Source of the DNA: Welwitschia mirabilis
Lineage: Eukaryota
Assembly: GCA_051453625.1 (NCBI GenBank)
Contig: JBOZIK010000001.1
Span: 1,196,395-1,233,266 of the forward strand
Length of the DNA stretch: 36,872 nucleotides
Reading direction: 5' to 3'
Positions within the stretch are counted from its first letter, which is position 1; the number at the start of each line of letters is the position of its first letter. Shown here in pieces: positions 12,759-23,420 of this stretch. The position numbers and the translations under genes are program-made. Under the pieces are notes generated by a model, which was not told where the DNA came from, searched no databases, and saw nothing but the letters and a program-made list of their open reading frames with translations.

Positions 12759-14402
12759 AAATTATACCACTACTGAGAGAGATATGTTAACCATAATCTT
12801 CTACCTCAATACTCTTAGACATTACCTTTTAAGCTTCCATATAAACATTGACTTAGATCATGTGGTAATTAAATACTTAATGACTAAAAAATATTCCAGT
12901 GCTAGGTTGATTAGATGGATCCTCTTAATGTAAGAATTCAATCTCACCATCATAGATAAGGCAAGAAAGCATAACAACATAGCAGATCACTTATCATGTC
13001 TTTATTCTTCTTTTGATAATGTTTCTATCAATGATTCTTTTCAAGATGAACAACTATTTGCTATATCTTCTACTCATCCCCCTCCATGGTACATTGATAT
13101 CATCAATTATCTTATTACTTTAAAAACACCATAAAAGTGGAGTTACAATTAATGAAAATCTTTTTTACATAGGATAAGTAACTATAAATGGATAGTGCCC
13201 CATCTTTGTTATAGGTGTAAGGATCAAATTATGAGAAAATGTATACTAGAAATGGAAAAATCTGATATCCTTCATCTTTACCATGGTAGTATTTGTTGTA
13301 GACATTTTAGTAGTTAGAAAATAGCCACAAAATTTCTTCACTCTAGATTCTATTGGCCAAGTCTTTTTCAAGACTCTTTTGATTATGCTAGAAGGTGCGA
13401 TGCATGTTAATGTTTTGGTAGCCTTTTATGATTACAAGAAATGCACCTTAAACTTATTCTTGAGTGTGAATCCTTTAACTATTTAGGAATCAATTTTATA
13501 GGTTAAATTAAACCACCTTCTAAAGACAAAAATTACATTTTAGTGGTTGTAGATTATGTGACTAAATGGGTTGAAGTAGTTTCTAGTGCCTTAAATAATG
13601 TATAAACCATTTGTAATTTTGTTAGAACTCAAAAGTTTCAACGTTGTGGATTTCCTTAAATAATTATAGTGATTAGGGAACTCATTTCATTAGTTCTCTA
13701 TTTATAAAACTTCTTTTACCTATTGGAATAGAACATTAAGTAGCTTGAGATTACCATCCTTAAACCAATGGATAGGCTAAAAATGATAATACAAAAAAAA
13801 AATGCTTTAAAAACTTATCTCTACCAATAAGAAATCATGAGCTTTTAAATTGAATGATGTTCTTTGAGCTTACTGTATTACTTGGCTAATTCACTTGATT
13901 TTTTACCTTATAAACTTGTATACAGTAAAGTATGTGTTTTACATATTGATGTTTGTTATAATTCTTATTATTTTATACATCAACTTAATTTTATGAATTT
14001 AGAAGAGAATCTTAAAACTTGTTAGCTTAATTAGATTATTTAGATGAAAAACAAACTCAAGCTATTTAGCATCAACTTATTTATAAAGCCCAAAGTAAAT
14101 TTTAACATAATAAAATATTGGTCCATAAAAACTTTAAACTTGGTCAACGAGTCTTGTTATACAATACTAGGGTACATCTTTTACATAACAAGTTGACCTA
14201 AAGATGGTTAAGTACCTACCTTATTAAGAAAGTACATTCTAATGGATTTGTTGAGATTTCTGATGTTACTACTAAAGAAATCCAGAAAGTTAATGGAAAA
14301 AGGTTGAAAATATACAAGAAACCTTCTGATATACACATGATAGAAATGCTATCCTTAGAGGTTCCCCTTGATGAGGAGAACTTATTCCCTACCATTATCT
14401 AA
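12759..14402 (+). pseudogene. Second, diverged copy of RNase H C-terminus + integrase
   Basis: NYTTTERDML..ARLIRWILLM, FYWPSLFQD, YILVVVDYVTKWVE, QKVNGKRLKIY. Colinear with 11146-12658 but with numerous substitutions. Confidence 0.9.
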
Positions 14403-15397
14403 ATTTTATCTTAGCTTATTCCTTTAGAGGCCATTATGACATTACTTGATCATCTTTTAAACATGACTCATGTATTTATTTTATTTCCATGACTAGTCTT
14501 TGTACTTGGGAATTTTATAGTGGTAAGATTGAATTTATCTAATATTAAGACATTCACACATCTAGGAACTTCATTTTAAAAGAAGATACTTTAATTCTTA
14601 TGTTTTTCTTGATAATAAAATATCTTAAATTGTTTGGTTTTTTTTTTTTTTTGGTTTTAATCTTTTATCTTAATACGTCATCTTCATCCTTTGAAGTGTT
14701 TGATCATGTGAAATTTATCTTTTATTTTCTAAAAAAAATAAAAGAGAAGAGATAAAGAAATAAGGCCATGATATTTTATATTTGAGATAGCTTAAAAACA
14801 TGATTACCATGATATTCTATCATAAGTACATCAAGGCAAATTTTCCCAAGAGGGGCCTTTAGTAGTGTAATATGGTAGCTATGGAAACTTCATTGAGAGG
14901 TCAATTGGCATGCTTTAGAGGTCCTTAATTCTCTAACTATGGTTGCACTCACCCCATTAAGTAAAATAATAAAATTTTAAGGCTATAAGATTAATGATGT
15001 TCTTAGTGTTATTAGAGGTATTACTTGTTTTCTAGACTCTTAGTTTTTTCATGTGATCATTTCATTTCATTATTTACTTCTTATCTAGACATGCTGATTT
15101 TTGTTTAATTTCTTTGCTCCATTAGCCAATACAGGATGTATTATTTTTCTCAAGAAAGGATAGGACTTATTTCCATAATTTTTACACAAATTTATAAGGT
15201 TGTTTTAAAGCTTTCATGTGACATAATTTTTGCAATTTCCACTTCATATACATGATGAACTACATTTTATTCAGCTATGTGATATGTTTAAAATTATTTT
15301 TAAGCTTAATTTATAGTTTCTAAATTGATTTTTTCTAAAGACAATTTGGCTTATAACTGTAATTGTTTGCCTAGTTTTGTCTGGAATTGACAAGGCT

Positions 15398-15407
15398 AAG
15401 TGGGGAG
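15398..15407 (+). promoter_or_regulatory. Polypurine tract
   Basis: AAGTGGGGAG just before the TGATG LTR start; resembles the Athila PPT. Confidence 0.7.
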
Positions 15408-15410
15408 CTA

Positions 15411-16649
15411 TGATGCGCAAAAAAATTGTATGTATTTGATGGGATTTTATGAGTTATTTTATAGGATATTTTTATAGTTTTAGATGTAATTCTGATTATT
15501 ATAAAGAGTTGATGAGATGATCATAGAAACACGTAATCCTTAGCATGTTTAAAGGTATTTCAGGCATATTCTGATATTCAATGCTTTAGAGGAAGATCAA
15601 TGATGTAAAAGGTAGACTTCTCTTAAGATGAAAAGATAAGAAAGATTATCGTTCCCACTTTCCTCCCCCTAACAGATAGGACAACAACATTTTTAACTAC
15701 TATTTCAAGATGCTAACATGGACAAGAGCTAGAACCAATGCTTTCTTTGTTTTAAAGAGTGTTATCCTCATTATCATCCCCACATGTATGATGATAATTG
15801 ATGATTCATCTATCATTGTCCTCATGTGGTCCCCATGATAGTTAAGATGATACTAAAATGACTGGTCGACTTTCATCTATTTCATCCATTTCTTTCTCTA
15901 AATTGATCATGTTTTTTAGCACATTTTAAGCAATTGTTATAGTTTCTTTGCTATATAAATAAATTCTTCCTTGAATCCTCCTATCATTTTAAATACACTA
16001 TAAAATCTCATGATAGGAAATCAAAGGGTGGAAGATCTATCTTGAGTACTGACTAAATGATGTTTCCTTGGTTTTGGGCTATGAATCCTCTATTGAGGTA
16101 TAGCTGTTTTATAACCTAGATGCTAGTTTGATTTATAATTCAAAATCTATTTCTTTTATTCATTAATATCTTTTTATATCCCTTATGATTTATTTATTCT
16201 TAATTCAGTGATAGTTTCATTAATGATATAGGTCTTAAGGGTAACCTTTATTAAGGTTGATAATATTAGTTTAAGAGCATTTCGCATTACATTCTATTTA
16301 ACTTACTTGATAGCTTAAGTTAGTTTTGGTTAGTGCCAATTTTTCTAGCTAATTTAGGTTATGTATGGTTAATCTTCTTGACAAGTTGATTTGATAATCG
16401 GATAAGTATTCATCTAGAATAAGTTGCATTTGCATTGAATTGCATGTTTATTTTCCTATATTATTCTTAAGTTTAGGATTTAATATTTTCTTCAAAAATC
16501 AATTCTTCTTCTTCTCTTGCATACCTTCAATGGGTTACAACATTTACATCACTTCCATCTATACTAGTATGTCATATTTGCAACATATATATTTGTGATT
16601 AACAATATTCTATAAAGTATGAAAGGTTTCAAAATTACATACCACAATA
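15411..16649 (+). repeat. 3' LTR (about 1.24 kb)
   Basis: Starts TGATG after the PPT and has a TATA-like ctatataaat at 15951. The second half matches 5441-6023. Ends ACCACAATA (terminal CA mutated to TA). Confidence 0.85.
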
Positions 16650-16959
16650 ATACTAAAGGTAAAAGTATACCCTCAACTCTACTTAAAGTGTTATACTATC
16701 TTGTATATGCTATCCCTCATTCAAGACTAGCATTTAAAGGTTTTTCTTTCCTTTAATAATGGAATATAGGGCCTTAAAGACTAGAATAAAACACTTGCTG
16801 AATCAGGACCGTCATTGGAAATAAGTCTCAAACAAAAGGAATTGACAAGAAAGGGGAATTTATATATCATTTAACTCACAACAAAAGAAATAATATTCTA
16901 TTTTACTATATGATCTAGTAATGCTATTAGGTAATAATGTTTTTTAGTGCACAAGAGTT

Positions 16960-17240
16960 CTCATCCCACCTTTCTAATCGCTTTCTTCTGTGTGTTCTTC
17001 CACATGAAATCACATATTCTAAGGATTGGCTTAACATATTTCCTAACCATCTCAGGTAACCCTAGATTGATTTTCTTCCTTTCACACTTTTGGAATACAC
17101 ACATAGGCCACCTCACTCTTGGCTAAGTATTTTTAGAAAACTAGTAGGCTCTAGATTACAATTATTCCCATGTTTAGTTTTTACTACACTAATGTTTATC
17201 CATCAAACAATATCATTAAATCCAATAATGACTCTTAGGT
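16960..17240 (-). pseudogene. Possible CACTA TnpA/Ptta-like remnant
   Basis: Minus-strand pieces RVIIGFNDIV*WI..VVKL and WPMCVFQK..VRKYVKPILRICDFMWKNTQKK loosely fit the FN..GQPIG...W..V...WR.K pattern of En/Spm TnpA-like proteins. Weak. Confidence 0.3.
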
Positions 17241-18489
17241 AAGTATAATTTCATGTGTCAAATTAAAAATAAATTTTACTAACAAGAAATATTTCATAGA
17301 ACATTTCTATGCAAATAACATAAATGAAAACATTGTATATTCTTGAAAAGCATATTTAGATGAAATTTTTGTAGTAAAAGATTAGCTTCCAATAAAAGAA
17401 GAAATGCCACTTAGCTCATCTAATTGAGAAAAAGATTTAGCTGGCACTAATAATTTTACATGGTACTCAACTATCCATTACTTCTCATCTATAAATTACA
17501 TAAATGCATTATTTTTTAAATGAAAAATTGGGTGGTGGGTGCTTTTATCAGTTTAAATTTCATACTTAAAAAGCTTGCAAGATGTTTATAAATCATTCAC
17601 AAACTCAAACATAAATAAAAAGTTGATTCTACAAGGCTTTTCTATAAGTATTTAACATGATAGAATAAAACACATTTTGGTAAAATTTAAGCTTAAAACA
17701 TCTTGAATATAACATGTTGAATTATGTAGGTATCTCTAACTTAAAAGAAACTAGGTTCCTATAGTTTAGGATATGGGCATAAAACTATTATTCGAGTGAC
17801 ATAATTAAAAGCATAAAGTTATATTATAAAATACTCTATGTTCTAAATGTTTAGATGGATGTATATCAAAATACTAGTATTAGAATAATTTCAAAAAAAA
17901 AAAAAAAAAAGAGGAGGAGGAGAAATTGCAGAGAAATCAGAAAAGGGAGAATATCTGTTAACAAAGCCATATAGCACATAAGAAGCCATAGCATTATTTA
18001 TATGTAAATAATTACATTAAAATCATAACCTAGTTTCTAAGCTATAGTTAACTTCTCCATAAACAAATTTGACTATGATGGTAGTCACTTCAATAAGAAT
18101 GTCTACTAGGGTAGATTGCCTTCCCACAATAACTACTGAACTTGAAGAAAGGATGAAAAAATCTGTTGATGTTTCCTTGTCCTTTTTTGTTGTGGCAAAT
18201 ATTCAATGACTCGTAATATATATCATCCTCCATAATATTGATTATTTATTTCATGAAAATTATATCAGATACTTTTTCAAAATGACATTAGTATAGTACT
18301 TTTTATTAGATACTAATTTATTCCTATGTATCTAATAGTACATTTTCTTTATTGAGATGCAAAGAAGGATGTATTTTTCATGTTCATCTACTATAATTTA
18401 CCTCGTTTTGAGACTATTATAGGAATACATATAGTGGCATCATTATATCCATTGTCATCATCTGATAAATCCATTTATGCAAGGAACAA

Positions 18490-20076
18490 GGACTAGATGT
18501 TTATTTGTCTAATATTAATTTGTGTAGGACATGTGAGGAGTATGAGAATGGTGTAAAGAAGTTCATAAATTTTATGATTAATAATTCCTTTAGTTCTCAA
18601 GACATACTTTGTCCATATGTGCAAGCTACAACACTTGTTACTGACAACCAAATATTGTTTTTAAGCATCTTTTATGCAAAGGCATGGATCTTAGATACAT
18701 AAAGTGGATTATGCATGGTAAAGCATTAAAAGAATACTATGATAAATGTAGTGACAAAAATATAATACAATATGATCTTATTTCCATGGTGAAAGAATCT
18801 TTTATGTTGTTTAATAATGAGGAGCAATCACATGAAGTAAAAAGAACCATGTATTTCTCAAATTCTAATAACTTTAGTGGTGATGTGAAAAATGAAAAAT
18901 ACAATAGGTTAATCAAATAAGGTAAGGATCCATTGTACCCTAGTTGCACAAAATATATAAAGCTTTTTATGATTATCAAATTATTTACCATTAAAGTAAT
19001 GGATGGATGGTTAAATTCAACATTTTCATTGTTTCTTAATCTCTTACATAACTCTTTTTTAGAAGATAAAACAATTCCAAGTTCTTATGATCAATTGAAA
19101 AGAATATTTTACTCCCTAGGTATGACATATCATAAATTACATGCATGCCCTAATGACTATGTGTTATATTAGAAGAAGCATGAGAACAAAAATGATGTCC
19201 TTAGTGTGATGCATCTAGATGGAAATCAAAAAGAGATCCCAAGGACAGTAAACTAGAAAAAAGATTACTTGCCAAATTATTTTAATACTTTCCATTAATT
19301 CCAAGGCTACAAAGGCTTTATGCATCATCCACAACAACAGAACATTTTATATGACATTCAAAAAGCAGATAGACCATGGCATAATGCGACATCCAATAGA
19401 TTCTATCTTATGGAAAAGTATTGATGAATCATATAATGAATTTAAGCTCAAACCTAGACATGTAAGACTTAGTATTGCAATAGATGAATTTAATTCTTTT
19501 GGGATGCATTCCACTTCTTATAGTTGTTGGTCAGTTATGATGGTTGTCTATAACTTGCCATCCTAGATATGCATGAAAAGTTCATATATGCTACTTTGGA
19601 TGATAAATAATTTTCCATCATATGGAAACATTTTAGGATGGAGCACAAAGGGGAGATTAGCATGTTCCATATGTTCTTATAAGACCAATTCTTTATGATT
19701 GTCTCATAGTAGGAAATATTACTACTAAGGACATGGAATATTCCTTGATAAGAATCACAGGTATAGATGAATTAAGAGATCTTTCAATGGTAAAGTAGAA
19801 GAAGAATAAGAATTCATTCCATTAAGTAGTGAATAGATTCTTTTATAGCTTGACAACATGAATTTTAATTGGGTAAAGGACATTTCTAAACATCAACAAA
19901 AGAAGAAAAAAACGCTAAAACATGGAAAACAAGAAAATGAGTTAAAGGTCACTCCACCTAGTAAATTTAAAAGGTCACATAACAAATGCAAGAAAGTCAA
20001 TTTGCACATTCTTGGGGAAGAGCATAGCAACAGATGGAAAAAGATGTCAATACTATTTACTCTCCCATATTAGAAG
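18490..20076 (+). pseudogene. CACTA/En-Spm Tnp2 (TnpD) transposase pseudogene
   Basis: RTCEEYENGVKKFINF..ILCPY (transposase-associated domain), YHKLHACPNDYVLY, MRHPIDSILWK..PRHVRLSIAIDEFNSFG..YSCWSVMMVVYNLP (Transposase_21), GWSTKGRLAC, WKKMSILFTLPY*K followed by a GT donor. Confidence 0.92.
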
Positions 20077-20228
20077 GTAACAAAAATTTATAAAATAATT
20101 TAATAATAAATTCTTTTTCTTTCTTATGATTTCATTTAATACCTTTTTTATTTCTAACATATATTGCCTTATTTAAGTAATAGTTTAAGTTATTTATTAC
20201 ATCACTAAAGTATTTCTTCTTTTTCTAG

Positions 20229-20697
20229 GATGACATTGTGTCACCTTGTCAATTCTTTGATATGTACAATAAAGTCATAGAAAAAAGAGTAATTGTGAAG
20301 AGGGATTTCAAATTTATGATTAATAATAAAATCTTAAAAGAAGGATTTGTTGCAGTCTTTANNNNNNNNNNNNNNNNNNNNNNNNNNNNNNNNNNNNNNN
20401 NNNNNNNNNNNNNNNNNNNNNNNNNNNNNNNNNNNNNNNNNNNNNNNNNNNNNNNNNNNNNTATTTCTTCTTTTTCTAGGATGACATTGCGTCACCTTGT
20501 CAGTTCTTGGATATGTACAATAAAGTCATAGAAAAAAGAGTAATTGTGAAGAGGGATTTCAAATTTATTATTAATAATAAAATCTTAAAAGAAGGATTTG
20601 TTGCAGTCTTTATGGAAGTGGTGAAAAATCACAGAACACCATTAGTAGTACAAGCAAAGGATATGATCACATTAAATGAGGTAAAAGAAGAGTTTAT
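20229..20697 (+). pseudogene. CACTA second-gene (Tnp1/TnpA-like) exon remnant
   Basis: After an AG acceptor: SPCQFLDMYNKVIEKRVIVKRD..ILKEGFVAVFMEVV..TPLVV..MITLNEVKEEF, fitting the Tnp1/En-Spm-like domain pattern. The first 150 bp are duplicated across an N gap. Confidence 0.5.
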
Positions 20698-22393
20698 NNN
20701 NNNNNNNNNNNNNNNTATTAAGGAGGTAACTAAATATCATTTTATTTTTAATAACTTGGATAGCATGCAACTTTTATGTTGGTCACTATGTTTGTTAATC
20801 ATATGTAGGTTATGGATGGATAATCAAAAGTACGATCATCATTATTGAATAAAGAATGCATTCTAAAGGATGGTCAATGCAATAGTATAGCTATTGAAAG
20901 AATACTTTAGGATAATCTTACATCATTACTTCATCATGCACTACTTGGTAATGATACTTACAAAGTTAAATTGAAAGCTACTACAATTTTTAGAATTGAG
21001 TTATTTTAAAAGACAACTTTCACAATGACTCTTAGTAATGTTGGAGTTAATGGCATTACATCTTAGCCAAGAAAACATATTATAGCCATGTAATCTTTTA
21101 TGTGATAGTGTAACATTATTGAGAATTTCTAAAATATGACTACCATGTAATACTTATGTCTTAGGTAATTGTTCAATATGAAGATTGGCCTTTTTTCCCC
21201 ACAGATGTGCAAATTTTGTTCACATACACGTAAAAATTTCTCAACATTTATTTGAAATGGTTTAAAGTAGTTAAGTACAAAATACTATACCATTAATGAT
21301 ATAGATCGATCATCACACGATTACATGTAAATTGTGCTTCTAGTATAAGTATGACTTATATATGCAAAATATTATATATGATCCTTTTACTCTATCTTTC
21401 AATGCAAAATATGATGCACAATGACTTGAAGCTTAAATGAATTAATTATAATTCCTAGTTTATCTCACATAATGTAATTAGATGCTGGGCCACATAGCTA
21501 TAACCTATGGTGAGGGTTATGTAATTAGAGTTTAATAGATTACTTATTTTAAATTAATCTTTCATGTTTGTGAAGAAGATTCTATTAGCAAAAAGGTGAT
21601 CTTTTATTATACTACTTGAGGCTAAAATAAACATTATCTCATTTAAAATCTTACAATAGTTAATTATGATTTCTTAATTCTTTTAAACTGATACTAATGA
21701 TTAATCATCATTTTGATAATTAATTCCTTTTACACAACTTTTGCAAAAGTTGTTTTGATATTTTACATTGGTATTTGATAGATTCAAGATCCTTGAGAAG
21801 CATTGGTGATTGGCTTGTACTATTTACACTTTTCTAAAAGGTTTTGAACTTGTATTATTCATTATCACAAAATAACTTGTATTATTCACAAAATGCTCAT
21901 AAGCAATGTCTAACTTTTGGATTAACAGATACCACTTAGTTTTAGTATCCATGCATGTACATATTGTAATACAAATGCCTTGTCCAGATTTCTTTGTTTA
22001 TTTATTCAAAGAATGCTACACAACCAGGATGACTTTTGCATTCTATTAGTTAAAAACAAATTGCTAAAATGTACTCCAATCTTACAAAGGTACGTGTCCT
22101 TTTAACAAATAGAACCATAAAAATTTTTGCAATCATTCTAATTTATATTTCTATTAATACAGTATTTATGTAGTTATTCTATTTAACATTTGAAAACATT
22201 ATTACAGTTTTCTAAGAACTTCTAATATTCAAGTCTTACACTGCCTCATGGTCTAGAAGATTTAACCTGGAGAATGGTATGTTGCATGTTATGNNNNNNN
22301 NNNNNNNNNNNNNNNNNNNNNNNNNNNNNNNNNNNNNNNNNNNNNNNNNNNNNNNNNNNNNNNNNNNNNNNNNNNNNNNNNNNNNNNNNNNNN

Positions 22394-22470
<77 letters not shown>

Positions 22471-22510
22471 GCACGCACTCTCTCACTCACACACACATAC
22501 ATACACACAT
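22394..22510 (+). repeat. (CT)n microsatellite followed by an imperfect (CA)n tract
   Basis: Pure CT run 22394-22468 adjacent to an N gap, then a CA-rich tail. Confidence 0.98.
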
Positions 22511-23155
22511 TTCCCTTCTTTAACACAAATAATTCCAACATGATCATATACTCAAAAGGCCAAACATAAATAAGTGAAATGAAAGATTAAAAAAATACAC
22601 CTAAACAACCAAAGACATGTGAATGTCTTAAAATTGGGTAAATCCAATCTTATCACTATAAAAACTAAGGCATATTCCTTTAAAGAGAAATTGATAGACA
22701 CTTGAATATCTTAAGACTGAATAAATCCAATCTTATCACTATAGAAATGCCCATGTATAAATACTAGTTATAGAAACTTCATAAAGCAAACATACATGTC
22801 AAGCTTAAAAGATGATCAAGTGACATCATAACATCTACTAAAGGGATAGGCTAAAAGAGAATTCAAATAATAATAGGGTGGAATTCCTCTTCATTGAGAA
22901 GAACCTCCAAATTAATTTCTTCTACCATATTCAAGTTGTATTGAAAGGTTTTTCATATATTTTCAACCTTTTTCGATTAAGTTTTTGAGTCTCCTTAGTT
23001 TCTAAGTTAGAAATCTCAACAAAGTCATTAGAATGTACTTTCTCTATAAGATAAGAACCTAAACATTTAGAGGTTAACTTGTTATATAAAAGATGTATCT
23101 AATGTTATATAAAAGAAGAAGTTGACTAGGATTAAACTTTTTATGAAGTAACTTT

Positions 23156-23420
23156 TACTACAAAAAATATAGGATTTTAAGACATTTATTAAAATAAATG
23201 CCTTAAATATAAAGCTTTTTAAGGCATTTATTTTAATAAATTTCATAAATAAACCTAGGGACCTTTTTAAGGCATTTATTTATTCAAATACCTTAAAATC
23301 ATTTCCACACTTAAAGTTTGCAAGGCATTTGTTTTGAGAACCACCTTAAATAATTTGTCTTTAATAAAAAATTTTAAAAAACATTTTTAAGGTTTTGATT
23401 TTGATAAATGCCTTAAAAGA
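23156..23420 (+). repeat. Left TIR and subterminal repeat array (AAGGCATTT / AAATGCCTT)
   Basis: Motif in alternating orientation at about 23179, 23196, 23221, 23269, 23286, 23323 and 23406. Confidence 0.85.

Larger units (their letters stand above)
5441..16649 (+). mobile_element. Athila-like Ty3/gypsy LTR retrotransposon (gag-PR-RT-RH-INT), degenerate, possibly a composite of two copies
   Basis: Partial 5' LTR, PBS, gypsy domain order PR-RT-RH-INT, PPT and 3' LTR are all visible. Confidence 0.9.

Noticed and set aside
14403..15397. Possible env-like ORF between integrase and PPT, as in some Athila elements
   Set aside because: No ORF or recognisable motif remains.
20212..20612. Apparent 150-bp duplication in the CACTA exon
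   Set aside because: Same pattern: near-identical copies on either side of a 100-N gap.
22246..22569. ORFs rich in RE or LS repeats
   Set aside because: They are translations of the (CT)n microsatellite and an N run.
22621..22748. ~45-bp direct repeat (taaatccaatcttatcactata)
   Set aside because: Real, but a small local duplication with no further structure.
23175..23420. Spaced short repeats superficially like a CRISPR array
   Set aside because: The 9-bp motifs are in alternating orientation with irregular spacing, in eukaryotic context next to a TIR; they are CACTA subterminal repeats.
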